Assembly: GCA_002269645.1 (NCBI GenBank)
Contig: NIVC01000194.1
Coordinates: 124,001-188,000, forward strand
DNA: 64,000 nt
Origin: Macrostomum lignano
Taxonomy: Eukaryota
Reading direction: 5' to 3'
This document shows, piece by piece, positions 36,446 to 50,083 of this stretch. The position numbers and the translations under genes were made by a program. A model generated the notes under the pieces. That model worked only from the letters and a program-made list of their open reading frames with translations. It did not search any database and was not told the DNA's origin. Position 1 is the stretch's first letter. Every line of letters starts with the position of its first letter.

Positions 36446-39400
36446 TCACTGGTACCGGTGCTGCTGGCGCCGCTGGTCAGCCTGGCTGATCTTCTGCTGG
36501 ATGAGGCGCTCCGCCTTCAGCACGTTCGGCTGCGGGCGGGCGAATTTCAGGTGGCGAGATTTGGAGGCGAGCGAATCCTGAGCCCATGAGCACATGCAGT
36601 TCTGCCCAGCCTGAGCACATGAGCACATGCAGTTCTGCCCATCCTGAGCACATGCAGTTCTGCCCAGCCTGAGCCCATGAGCACATGCAGTTCTGCCCAG
36701 CCTGAGCACATGCAGTTCTGCCCACCCTGAGCACATGCAGTTCTGCCCATCCTGAGCACATGCAGTTCTGCCCATCCTGAGCACATGAGCACATGCAGCT
36801 CTGCCCAGCCTGAGCACATGCAGTTCTGCCCAGCCTGAGCACATGCAGTTCTGCCCAGCCTGAGCACATGCAGTTCTGCCCACCCTGAGCACATGCAGTT
36901 CTGCCCACCCTGAGCACATGCAGTTCTGCCCAGCCTGAGCACATGCAGTTCTGCCCACCCTGAGCACATGCAGTTCTGCCCACCCTGAGCACATGCAGTT
37001 CTGCCCAGCCTGAGCCCATGAGCACATGCAGTTCTGCCCAGCCTGAGCCCATGAGCACATGCAGTTCTGCCCAGCCTGAGCCCATGAGCACATGCAGTTC
37101 TGCCCAGCCTGAGCCCATGAGCACATGCAGTTCTGCCCAGCCTGAGCCCATGAGCACATGCAGTTCTGCCCACCCTGAGCACATGCAGTTCTGCCCAGCG
37201 TGAGCACACACAAGCGCGCCAATACTGTACACAGGCCCGCACTCATCACACGCTCACACAGAGTGTACATCGGCCCTGGCTTTTTAATCGTCAGGCATGT
37301 GCACTCTCTGTGCCTTAGAGGTTGGTCCTTCCTTGAGATTATCGAAATCGGTTGCAGCAAACAAAAGTGCTGGGCCGGGCATTCATCCTACCTGCATGCC
37401 GGTGATGGTCACCAGGCGGCTGTGCGACAGAGGCGTCGGGCCCGAGACCCGGCGGGAGACCTGGATGCAGGTCTGCGTGCTGGTCTGCAGCTGGCTGATG
37501 TCGCGGCCCCCCGGCCCGATCAGGGCGCCGATCAGCGGCTCCGGCACGTCCAGCTCCCGCTTCACCATCGGGCCGCTCATCGCCGCTGCGGCCGCTTTGT
37601 CCGTTCCGTCGGCCATGAAGGCGTCGGCGAACAGCGGCGGCGGGGCGGTGCCGGAGGCGAACATGGCAAAGTCGGCGCCGCTCGTGTCCGGCGGAGGCGG
37701 CGGCGGCGGACCGGCGGCTGCGGCGGCTGCCAGAGCGGCGGCCAGCGAGCCATGGCTGAGGCTGAATGACGAGTGCGGCGAAGGCGACAGCAGGGCGACG
37801 GGGCCGGGTGGTTGCGGCTGCGGCTGAGCCTGCGGCCCGGCGGCCACGAGGGTCTGCAGGCTGAAGAAGCCGTAGTTCGCCAGGATCAGCATGGCGCCAA
37901 CGATCTCGTCCACTGCCGGCTCCGTGTAGCCGCTCTGCCGCAGCGAGGTGCGCAGAGTTTCAAACGACACCGGACAGGCGGCTGCAGCGGCGGCGGCCGC
38001 CCCGGCCGGACTCTGCGGCTCCCGGAGGCCGCCGCCAGCAGCCCCAGCAGCTCCGCCGGCGCCAAGGCCGGTCCCGGAGGCGCCAGAGGACAAGGCGTAG
38101 GGGCTGCCAGTCGGGTAGGCGCTGGCCACGGGGCCGCTCATGCTGGAGTAGCTGATGTTGGGGCAGCTGGCCGACTGCGGGTCGCTGGCGATCTTCTCCA
38201 GGATGAGGCTCATGGCAGCCCGGGCCTGCTGGGTCTCGCCGGCCACGGTGACGCAGCGCTCGGCGAGGGCCTGCTCCTTGGGCTTCTGCGAGATCTGCAC
38301 GTACGCGCCGGTGCCGTCCATGATCTCCTTGATGTAGGCGCCCTGCTTGCCGATGATCATGCCGGCCGTGCTGTTCGGCACCAGGATTTTCATCTGAGCG
38401 AGTTGGAAGCAAAAAAGGCAAGCGTCATCACCTCTCTGCCGCACAGATTGGCGAACCGTGCCAAATAGCAGACGGTTTCTAACAATTGTGTAAAAATAAA
38501 CCTGCAGGCTGCAGCTGCCAGCAGACTGGCTGCCCACTCTTTTATGCATCCTGTCTGAAAGCAGCAAATTTCAAAGCAGAAATTCTAATCTGCCAAAGCC
38601 AACAACCGCCCGGAATCCGGGATGACAGGCGCCAAGGTCTCACTATCAATTCCGAGTTTATTAATGCGCAAATAAGCGGAGGCTGGCCAGAGCTGCTCTA
38701 ACAAGGAAGCAACCTGATAACCATGCTTTTCAAATGTGAACTGCGGTCTGAGCTCTTTGTGGTACCATGGTACATCCTGACTTTGATTGTGACATCCTGA
38801 CTTTGATTGTGACATCCTGACTTTGATTGTGACATCCTGACTTTGATTTTGGCATCCTGACGTTGATTGTGACATCCTGACTTTGATTTTGGCATCCTGA
38901 CGTTGATTGTGACATCCTGACTTTGATTGTGACATCCTGACTTTGATTGTGACATCCTGACTTTGATTGTGACATCCTGACTTTGATTGTGACATCCTGA
39001 CTTTGATTGTGGCATCCTGACTTTCTGATTGGGGCATCCTGACTTTGATTGTGACATCCTGACTTTGATTGTGACATCCTGACTTTGATTGTGGCATCCT
39101 GACTTTCTGATTGGGGCATCCTGACTTTGATTGTGACATCCTGACTTTGTGACATCCTGACTTTGATTGTGGCATCCTGACTTTGATTGTGACATCCTGG
39201 CTTTCTGATTAGGGCATCCTGACTTTGATTGTGACATCCTGACTTTGATTGTGGCATCCTGACTTTCTGATTAGGGCATCCTGACTTTGATTGTGACATC
39301 CTGACTTTGATTGTGGCATCCTGACTTTCTGATTGGGGCATCCTGACTTTGATTGTGACATCCTGACTTTGATTGTGACATCCTGACTTTGATTGTGACA

Positions 39401-42400
39401 TCCTAACTTTGATTGTGACATCCTGACTTTGATTGTGGCATCCTGACTTTCTGATTGGGGCATCCTGACTTTGATTGTGACATCCTGACTTTGATTGTGG
39501 CATCCTGACTTTGATTGTGACATCCTGGCTTTCTGATTAGGGCATCCTGACTTTGATTGTGACATCCTGACTTTGATTGTGGCATCCTGACTTTCTGATT
39601 AGGGCATCCTGACTTTGATTGTGACATCCTGACTTTGATTGTGGCATCCTGACTTTCTGATTGGGGCATCCTGACTTTGATTGTGACATCCTGACTTTGA
39701 TTGTGACATCCTGACTTTGATTGTGACATCCTAACTTTGATTGTGACATCCTGACTTTGATTGTGGCATCCTGACTTTCTGATTGGGGCATCCTGACTTT
39801 GATTGTGACATCCTGACTTTGATTGTGACATCCTGACTTTGATTGTGGCATCCTGACTTTGATTGTGACATCCTGGCTTTCTGATTGGGGCATCCTGACT
39901 TTGATTGTGACATCTTGACTTTGATTGTGGCATCCTGACTTTCTGATTGGGGCATCCTGACTTTGATTGTGACATTCTGACTTTGATTGTGGCATCCTGA
40001 CTTTCTGATTGGGGCATCCTGACTTTGATTGTGACATCCTGACTTTGATTGTGGCATCCTGACTTTCTGATTGGGGCATCCTGACTTTGATTGTGACATC
40101 CTGAATTTGATTGTGACATCCTGACTTTGATTGTGACATCCTGACTTTGATTGTGACATCCTGACTTTGATTGTGACATCCTGGCTTTCTGATTGGGGCA
40201 TCCTGACTTTGATTGTGACATCCTGACTTTGATTGTGACATCCTGACTTTGATTGTGGCATCCTGACTTTGATTGTGACATCCTGGCTTTCTGATTGGGG
40301 CATCCTGACTTTGATTGTGACATCCTGACTTTGATTGTGGCATCCTGACTTTCTGATTAGGGCATCCTGACTTTGATTGTGACATCCTGACTTTGATTGT
40401 GGCATCCTGACTTTCTGATTAGGGCATCCTGACTTTGATTGTGACATCCTGACTTTGATTGTGACATCCTAACTTTGATTGTGACATCTTGACTTTGATT
40501 GTGGCATCCTGACTTTCTGATTGGGGCATCCTGACTTTGATTGTGACATCCTGACTTTGATTGTGACATCCTGACTTTCTGATTGGGGCATCCTGACTTT
40601 GATTTTGACATCCTGACTTTGATTGTGACATCCTGACTTTGATTGTGGCATCCTGACTTTCTGATTGGGGCATCCTGACTTTGATTGTGACATCCTGACT
40701 TTGATTGTGACATCCTGACTTTGATTGTGGCATCCTGACTTTCTGATTGCGGCATCCTGACTTTGATTGGGGCATCCTGACTTTCTGATTGTGGCATCCT
40801 GACTTTCTGATTGGGGCATCCTGACTTTCTGATTGGGGCATCCTGACTTTGATTGTGACATCCTGACTTTGATTGTGACATCCTGACTTTCTGATTGGGG
40901 CATCCTGACTTTGATTTTGACATCCTGACTTTGATTGTGACATCCTGACTTTGATTGTGGCATCCTGACTTTCTGATTGGGGCATCCTGACTTTGATTGT
41001 GACATCCTGACTTTGATTGTGACATCCTGACTTTGATTGTGGCATCCTGACTTTCTGATTGTGGCATCCTGGCTTTGATTGGGGCATCCTGACTTTCTGA
41101 TTGTGGCATCCTGACTTTCTGATTGGGGCATCCTGACTTTCTGATTGGGGCATCCTGACTTTGATTGTGACATCCTGACTTTGATTGTGGCATCCTGACT
41201 TTCTGATTGGGGCATCCTGACTTTGATTGTGGCATCCTGACTTTCTGATTGTGGCATCCTGACTTTCTGATTGGGGCATCCTGACTTTGATTGTGGCATC
41301 CCGACTTTCTGAAATTCTGAAGGAAAACTGTGTCCACTGCACATGTCAGTAATATTATTTCTAAAAATTATTATTTGTGATTCCAATTGCCCAGAATGCC
41401 TACTGCTCATTCAGAAAAATAACCCAAACTGCACTACTGTAATTCATGCAGTTTCTGCTACTAGAAGAAGCTGATTACGCAGCTGACAAAACTTGGCCCG
41501 AGTTAGCAGGCTTGATAGCCAGGCAATTAGTCCACAGCAAAAGCAAGCATAGAATAATAGAAGATTCTAGGCCTGAGTCCGAGGCCCCCGGCAGTGCAAC
41601 ACTGGCTAAAATGGACAAGAGCGAATGAACGAGGAAGAGTTGAGCAGGGGTGGGGCGGGCAGCCGGTCTGTCACTGGAAGGAGCGAGAGGGGCAGGGGTG
41701 GGGCGGGCAAGAGACCTCGCAGCCGCGGCCACCTGAGCTTGAGCGAATCCGACTCCCTGTGTCACCCAGCCCGTATTCGAAGGGAGCTCAAAGGACTCAG
41801 AGTAAAGGTCGCAAGCAATTGAGTAGGAAGCCTCAGACTGCTTCTCGCCCCCGCCTACAGGCCGCCCCCCCCCCCCCGGCGCTGATAAGAGCCCCGAATA
41901 TGGCGAAAAGTGCAGCGGCCAATGCAACTGCGCGGCCAGAGCTGGCAGGGCGAGAAGGCGAGACTCAATAAATAGATTAAGACTGCACTCGGCCTGAGGC
42001 GTGGGAGGCTAGGCTGGCGAGTCTGAATTCTGAGCAGCGCCATGCAGGGAGAGCATGAAGTGAGCGCTAAGGACTCAAGAAGAAAACAATTAGTCGGAGT
42101 TCAGCCATTGTCACCTGTTTGTGCCGCTCAACATTCAGCTTGCCGTCTCCGGCCAGCTTGGGATTCGGGTCCGGCTTTTCCAGCGTCTTCTCCATCACGT
42201 AGAAGCAGACGGCCTTCACCGAGTCCAGGCTGCCCTGGATGAGGCAGACCCGCTCCGTAGTGCCTGTGGGAAGGAATGAGAGCCACTTGGAAACACAGAA
42301 CAACCCAGTGAAGCATTCAGGGAGGACAGCAATCACAGTGAATGATAGGGAGGCAGCAGTCACAGTGAATGATAGGGAGGCAGCAGTCACAGTGAATGAT

Positions 42401-45400
42401 AGGGAGGCAGCAGTCACAGTGAATGATAGGGAGGCAGCAGTCACAGTGAATGATAGGGAGGCAGCAGTCACAGTGAATGATAGGGAGGCAGCAGTCACAG
42501 TGAATGATAGGGAGGCAGCAGTCACAGTGAATGATAGGGAGGCAGCAGTCACAGTGAATGATAGGGAGGCAGCAGTCACAGTGAATGATAGGGAGGCAGC
42601 AGTCACAGTGAATGATAGGGAGGCAGCAGTCACAGTGAATGATAGGGAGGCAGCAGTCACAGTGAAAAGCAATCCTCTTTAGCATCTGCAGCCCCAAGCT
42701 TGCCTGGATAAAAGTCGTTGGACTTGGACATCTTCACTTTGGCACCAGTCTCTGTCTGAACGGCGGTGATGGCCTCGCCACCCTTGCCAATGATAGCACC
42801 AGCGGCGATTGATGGCACGAGAACTTTGAGCTGCACATTGTCCGCTAGGTAATAGGAGTTAAAGTGATAATGTGCTGGTGATAGTGATAATATTTTTTCA
42901 TTCTCTTATTTAAATTTTAACCAAAATCTAACTTTAAACCAAAACCACTTTTGCATGAAGTATTAAATGAATTCATTGAAGATTCTAGCATCTAGTTGCA
43001 ATTTAGGTTTTATGTAGTTTTTATAGGTTAAGGCCATAAAAACAGAACACATAAATAGCATACAGACAATGCACCTGTGGCATATAGATATATTATCTTA
43101 CTTTCCTGAAAATGGGTCATATACCATAGTTCAGATCATAGTAGGGATATGCCAGAATGATAATTCTAGTTTTTTAAAGTAAAAATAAAAAATCTACCAA
43201 CAATAAACTTGTCTAAATTCCAACTATTTTAAAAATGTATTCTTTTAAAAGAAGAGTTTTATAAAACTATAATGTCCATTTGTTTCTGCTAATATTTATT
43301 TTCAAAAAAGGTATTTTATTGTTACAATGCAAAAAAGGTCCTTTATTGTCATAACACCTTTCTGATAATGTCTGGAATATACACTCAGCAACATGTTAAA
43401 GTTTCCACCCCAAAGCCAGTGGTAAACTGATGAATTATTCATTAGTTAAATGATGGAGGAATTAATGAACTAATTAATTCTTAATCTTATCATTGACAAT
43501 ATACTAATATTCATTTATTTTTTATATCCACTTGATTGCAAAATCAGTCCATTTGAGCTTGTGGACAAGGTGTGAATTGCATCACTTGGAGCTGAGATCT
43601 GAGGAAAGTTAACCACTGGTTTTGGGGCGGAAACTTTAACATGTTGCTGAGTGTATATCACAAGTAAATTTGTTTTTCTAGTGTAACCTTGAATTTATAG
43701 TGTAGGGGATCACTTTTTTCAGCATACCATAGAATAGATTTAAGAGTATAGGATCTTTTGACCTGTAGCCCACTATTCTAATATAATAAACAATTGTGAT
43801 ACTGGTTTTGGCTTTCCCATTATAAATCCCTACTGCTGATACCAAACTGTGATGGGCCTAATTCTCCTGTCTTTAATATCCTTTAGCTGCCACCAAAGTT
43901 GTTACAGTGGGTTTGTGGGTCTTAATAAATATTTCCTAATTATTAATAGGTCTGACTATTTCTTAGAAAGGTATCTGGTACATTTCTAGAAATTATTTGC
44001 TAATTTGCTAAAAATTAAGTAAACAATTTTTTTGAGTACAAAGTTTAAAATTATTTCTTTATTACTCCTTGTATTCCATGTTGATAGTATTATATATATC
44101 ACGTATTTTATGAAAAGTCACTTTATTTAATCCTAGCATGCACACAAGTATGTCATAGATATAAGCCAAAAATTTTCCACTGTGTCATGTATGCTGGGAT
44201 ATATGCTGATGTACACTGAAAAATGGCAAGTAGGCCTACCCTTGTTGTACGCCGGGAAATCCCTACGTATATGTCACCTTTCCAAACTAAAATATATAAG
44301 TTGAACTGCTATTAGGTTGCTTGCAAAATAGATGGTTGAGCAGTAAGCAGGCAGTTGGTTTATTTAATAGCAAACTTACTCTTATTTATACCCAAATTTC
44401 CCTAATATAAGAATTACAAAAAATATTCCCCAATTTATTTTATGCATTAGAACAAACATTGCTCTTAAAATCAAACTTCAAAATAGGACCACTTCTAAGC
44501 ATATTTTTATTGTAGCTTATATTCACTTTTGTCATGATCATTCAACTGGTAAAATTATATGTAGATAATCACAAAACAAAACCAAAAGGGCTTGTAGGTT
44601 TTGAATTATGATCACACCAATAGTAAAATTGTATTAGAGGGATTTTATCACAAAATTGAATGGATTAGTATGGTTCAAAATTCATAGTTGGATCATGTTC
44701 ATTCTACAAACATGAAGTCTAGTCCACATCAAACAGTATACCTCCATCAACAATTGATGCATAGTTGAGAACAAAATTATTCATTATGGTAGTAGGTAAT
44801 TGCTTTTGCACCCCCTCACTTTTGTTTTACAATACCCACTCAATATAAAACATGTCTATTTCACTAGGGGGATTGTAAGATGAAAGTGAGGGGGGCCAGA
44901 AGCAGGTGCATTAGTTATAAACATATATGCCCAACACCCATCCGACCTGTCCCAACCAGATGGGTGAAATGGCTGCCAGCCAAGGTAAGTCGCTAAATTG
45001 AAAATGCAAAAAATGAAAATTGGGGCAAGAAAGAAAGGAGAAGAAGAGAAAAGGAAATGAAAAGAGAGAGAAGAGAAAGAGGGGAAAGAGAAGAGAGAAA
45101 GAGAAAGAAAAAAAAGAGAAAAGGCAAGAAAAGTCATACAAAGTGAAAATTAAGTCACAATATTGGGGGAACTAAATTGTTATCAAGAGGAACTAAGTTG
45201 CAATTGAGAGGAACTAAGTCGCAATTGGAAGGAACTAAGTCACAAATCTAGACAAAACAAAGTCACACTCACAGATACTAGAATAACTAGATAGGCCATT
45301 GAGCACATTTGCATGTAAGTTACTTTCAGTTCAGTAGTAGGTTAAACTGAAGCATTTTAATGTATTTTAAAGCCAAGGTTAGTTTATTGGCTCTTCTCCT

Positions 45401-47921
45401 CACTTAAAACTTCTAACCGCGCCTTTCTACAACACCCCCCGCCCCACCCAATTTTTTATTGTCTGTCTCAGAATTCCAGCCTAAAGCTGCCATGTACATT
45501 TCAATGGACTGACTAATGTACATTACTGCTAAACCAATTAGCAAGTTGTTTACACCTGCAAGCTTGGGACTTCTAAACTTATCAATCATTTCAGCTGACT
45601 ATTTTTATAAAATAGCTTATGTATTCTTATTTGCTACTGAATTGAGATTAGAAAGCTGTTTTCAGCTATGCCTGAGTGGCCTATCTAGTTATTCTAGTAT
45701 CTATGGTCATACTGGAAAAGTGACATTTTGAGGTTGGGCATGTATGGTTATAAATGTCCAATTCTTGCTTGTGCAGAATGTTCAAGATGTAGCCAAGACA
45801 AAATAGTGGGATGTCCATCAGTTGATTAATATACCAATAATTTCCTAAAAATTTGAAATATGATCCTTCCAATATAATTTTACTATTGGTGTGATTTTAA
45901 TTCACAACCAACAAGCTTTTCTGGTTTCATCTTAGGATCACCTACATATAAATTCACTATTTAAATGATCATATAACCAATGTTGCGGTTAAGTAACTTA
46001 CGGTTCCAAGAAAAGCAACTTCTGGCACTTGTTCTAGTACCAGTACTTTATAAAAAAAAGTAACTTTCAGTACTTCCATTACCAGTCCTTTCTAATTTTA
46101 AAGAACTGCTTTTTAAAAAGTGCTTAAAATGCCTTGGTGAAAAAAAGAAAAAATATGTGTTGGTCTAGAGTTAAACATGCTTTTATTCCTCAAATAAAGA
46201 TGCTACATTGTATTTTTATTATTATTATCACATCCAAAATTTAAGGGAATAAGCAAAACTTTTTACAAAACAAGGATTAACAATATATCAAGATGCTACA
46301 CTTACAATTTGCAGAAAAATTTCGAAGGCCGATTTTTTAATATTGATTCTTTTTCTTTAAAAGTATGTATAGAAATACTTCTTCTCTATGTATAGAAATA
46401 CATACTTTTTGTCCAATAGGTATGTCACAATGAGTAGAATACTTCAGGAGACTTTAATTTTGTGTAGGTCATTCTTGTCGCCCTACTACAGATAATTCTT
46501 ATAGTATTATGCTGTAGTTTTACAGGAGCTATACTTTTACAGTAGTGTAGTGTAAGTATACTTTTGTACACTGCTGACTCATTTAGAATCAATGATAATC
46601 TTCTGGCAGCCTTGGAAATATACCAATTGACAATTAAAAAATATGCCAGGACAAAAAATGGCTAGAATTTGATAGATAGACCAATGCACAAGACTTTAAG
46701 TAACTTGATTAGTGCTTCTGTGTTGCAATTAGAAAATTATAATTAGCCTCAAAAGAACTAAAAGTCAAAACACTCTTAGAATATATCACTAATGTTGTCC
46801 TATACAAATATCAAAATGAATAAATTGGCCTTCAAAATTTTTTCATGAATCACAAATGTAGCATCCTGATGTACCACTATTGATCCTACCAAAAATTACT
46901 TCATTCTATGACAAACATAATTTTTAAGTAAAATATAGTATATATAGTCCATAGTGCGGAAGGACGGGTATACGCCAGAAATCTCCGTCATACACAGGGA
47001 TCGCCTGTTGTACATGTCGTACATCGCTAATTTTTGGGGGGCGCTATGTCGTACACTGTCGTACATGTAAAAATGTTACATGTCTGTCTGTCGTACACTT
47101 GTCAATGTCATACGACTCATACATGAAGTATAGACATAGTTAGTATTCCTTTGATGGACAATCGGACACCAGTACCAGTTACTCGTAGTCTCATAACTAA
47201 CTCATAACGTCGTTGTTAACGTATTGCGTTGAAGCAAAAAAGTAAAAATTCAATAGTTGCACTTTTCCACTCAAAGGGTAATTTAAATCATTAGTATTAT
47301 ATTCGTACAAACTCTTAGTCTTAAATTTAATTTTATTGGCGCAAAACTATACTTGACATTGCAAGCAGAAAAGTACAATATATCTGTTGTTTTACTTTGC
47401 ATATTAAAAAAACGCAATATCAAGAATTTCCCACACCTACCCACATATTCAAAAAGTTTTTGCCCGTACCAACTACCAACACCTTACATTACTATGTAAG
47501 TGCCACTATTTTTGTCGTACAGCACTTCCTTAAACTCTAACTCTGTCGTACAACACTAGTACCATTTTCCAATCCATGTCGTACTGTCGTACAACAGGCC
47601 GAAATGAAAATTTACCTTCCGTCGTATACAGAAATCCTTCCGCACTATGGTATATAGTATACATTTATAATTTCTTGATATACTGGAGTGTCCTGTTGAT
47701 TCTTTTAACGGGGATTGTAATACTAAACTGGACCTGCTTGGGGATCATAAAATGAAAGAATGCCTTAAAATTTATTTTAAAGTTTTGAACTGAATCATTC
47801 CTGCATCTAACAATTAAATTTCCATTTTCTAATTTAATAAAAAATACATTTCTTAATTTGCAAAACATTTAAACTCACCATCAACACTGCTTTTGTGCAC
47901 AGAATTGTTGTCGGAATCCAT
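36446..47921 (-). CDS. NOVA: NOVA/pasilla-family three-KH-domain splicing regulator, about 472 aa
   Basis: Exons (-): 47921-47879 ([14 protein letters not shown], less certain), 42844-42704, 42263-42115, 38393-37392 and 36529-36446, summing to 1419 nt. KH1 [21 protein letters not shown]...[18 protein letters not shown]; KH2 [22 protein letters not shown]...ERCVTV...[12 protein letters not shown]; KH3 [16 protein letters not shown]. Intron 42703-42264 uses a GC donor. Confidence 0.9.
36588..37200. repeat. 25-bp-based intronic minisatellite (GAGCACATGCAGTTCTGCCCAGCCT)n
   Basis: Direct; lies in the last NOVA intron. Confidence 0.94.
37251..37318 (-). mobile_element. SINE-like hairpin body, copy 3
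   Basis: CACACAGAGTGTACAT...ATGTGCACTCTCTGTG forms a stem and is homologous to copies 1, 2 and 4. Confidence 0.55.
38772..41310. repeat. 2.5-kb intronic satellite of two monomers: 20-bp TGACATCCTGACTTTGATTG and 22-bp GGGCATCCTGACTTTCTGATTG
   Basis: Direct; it accounts for all the ORFs reported between 38585 and 41410. Confidence 0.97.
42334..42665. repeat. 27-bp minisatellite, about 12 copies; each unit reads UCAUUCAC on the NOVA sense strand
   Basis: The minus-strand unit is TGCTGCCTCCCTATCATTCACTGTGAC. Confidence 0.95.
43382..43653. mobile_element. Tc1/mariner-type MITE, 272 bp
   Basis: About 47-bp TIRs (CACTCAGCAACATGTTAAAGTTTCCACCCCAAAGCCAGTGGT versus its reverse complement, few mismatches), flanked by TA on both sides. 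Confidence 0.88.
46949..47650. mobile_element. Non-autonomous DNA transposon, 702 bp, superfamily unassigned
   Basis: Perfect 16-bp TIR CCATAGTGCGGAAGGA; exact 8-bp TSD TATATAGT at 46941-46948 and 47651-47658; repeated subterminal TGTCGTAC(A) motifs. Confidence 0.88.
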
Positions 47922-49225
47922 TATGGCCTGGAGGCCTTTCCCATAAGAAAAAACTTACACAAATGTCATTAAACTGCAACTGTTGCTTTCTATGTTTGGA
48001 AGGCAAAGTTAATAGTAAAATTGCTATCGATATGACCTACGCGATTGATGTAAAATAAAAACTAGAGACAAAATGAAAAGATGAGATGAGGCGACGTAAT
48101 GCGAAAATGACGTCTAAAACACTTTCTATCGTTCTATCCTAGTTTATACTCTAATGTGTAAAGCTAAATCTGAATAAACTCAGCGATAGTATTATTTTGA
48201 AAAAAGGTATAAACATTTTAAATATTGCATTTTGAATTTTCTTCTTTATTTCGTTAAAGAAAACATTCAAAAAACTTAATAAATGGCTTAAAACGGTTTT
48301 TTAAGCTATCAGTATTTATCTTTGCAATGCCTTTTGCTATACCCGACAGAAAAGCTAAATTCCGGTGTCGGTGTTTGGCTGGGATAATAATGAACAAGAA
48401 TGTTTTTTCTGATGATTGTCGATGGACCTGTTTATTTGTTTGAGTTTGAAAATTGCAAAGGACACCCGAGAGTGGTTGCATTTCTGATCTGCACTTAAAT
48501 GTTTTGTATGACTTACTTTAAGTATGCTGGTTTTTTTGCTCGACTGTGTGTGAGTCATTGAGTGTAACGGAACGGAACTAGGGCCTAACTTTTGTACTTT
48601 GCTATTTATTCATTTGTAGCTTGTCACTTAATAGAACTGCTTTGCCAAATAGAAACCTATAGAGATTTAGTTTAATAATATCTATGATAGTAGAGTCAAC
48701 ATTTTAAAATCTTTCATTGCACTGTTAGGATAACTACTAGGATAACTAATAAACTGGATCGCCTTGTAACATTTAATAAAATAAGAGTTGTTTCACTTAT
48801 CGTTGTTAATATTGTCAATATGTGACTTTAAACGTTTTTTTCGCTTTTTCCATGTTTTGAGCTCAATCTAGGTTTTATCCCTATTTATTTAGTCAGTGTA
48901 TTATATTAGTCTGCGTTTGCACACAAATTCACAGAAAGCTCAAGTACAGATTCAGATATTTTTTAGGGCACCAACCTATACAAGGCATTAACTGTTGTCC
49001 TTTATGAATAAAAAATAATAGCCATAGGCTTAGGTCTAGGACCTAAGTCATAAAGTGTCAAAAAAATTTGAATAAATTTTGCAAATATTTCAGTTTTTTC
49101 ATTGCTGATTGTTGCTACTAGGCCTATCTAGTTGTTATAGGCCTATAGTGTTCTATTGTTGGTTCCTTGTACAATAAGCATATTTGCTGAATTTGCATTT
49201 TTTGCCTCTAGACTCTTTCTAAAAA

Positions 49226-50083
49226 GGGTCCATGAGAATTGCCCGCAAACAAATTGCCTACCAAAATTTGCCTACAGGGGATTTGCCTATCAAGATTTGC
49301 CTACCAAGATTTGCTTGCAGTGCATTTTGCCTATAATATAAGCAAAATGCTTGTGCTGTGGAGATTTGCCTACCAAGATTTTCCCACAATGCATTTTGCC
49401 TGCAAATTGCCCACTGAGTTTTTTCTTGCCAAGGTTTGCTGCAATGATTTTTTCCTATAACACATTTGGCCACACAATAGATTTTGTCTGCATTGCCTCT
49501 GCAATGCTTAGTATGTCTTAATAAAGAGATTTACCTAATCAAAAAGTTTTGATAGTAACTGTATTTCATTTTTTTCATTTTTAAAATCTTTTTTAGGATG
49601 GACAATATAGTATAGATAAAATCTAACTGCCAAATATGCTGCTAAAAAAAGCATTATGGGCAAAGCTTGATGGAAAAAAACTCAGTGAGCAATTCACTTG
49701 CAGGCAATTATTTGTAGGTAATTCAATTGTGGTCACACTTGCAGGCAATTCACTTGTGAGCAAATTGCACTATGGGAAAAATCTTGATGGGCAATTCTTG
49801 GTAGACAACTCTTTATAGGCAATTTGCTCATAGGCCAAATGCACTGCGGGCAAATCTCCTATATAGACAAATCTTGGTAGGCAATTTGCTCATAGGCCAA
49901 ATGCACTGCGGGCAAATCTCCTATATAGACAAATCTTTATAGGCAATTTGCTCATAGGCAAAATGCACTGCGGGCAAATCTCCTATATAGACAAATCTTT
50001 ATAGGCAAAATGCACTGCGGGCAAATCTCCTATATAGACAAATCTTGGTAGGCAATTTGTCTGTGGGCATTTCTCATGCTCCC
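49226..50083. mobile_element. Mutator/MULE-like non-autonomous element, 858 bp
   Basis: Long imperfect TIRs begin GGG(T/A)(C/G)CATGAGAA and contain tandem subrepeats. An exact 9-bp TSD TTCTAAAAA sits at 49217-49225 and 50084-50092. Confidence 0.85.

Noticed and set aside
36446-37360. Three 231-304 aa Cys-rich ORFs
   Set aside because: These come from the 25-bp intronic array; only 36529-36446 is a real exon.
38585-41410. Ten overlapping 118-326 aa ORFs ([10 protein letters not shown]...)
   Set aside because: They are translations of a 20/22-bp intronic satellite that lacks stops on one strand; frames shift with unit length.
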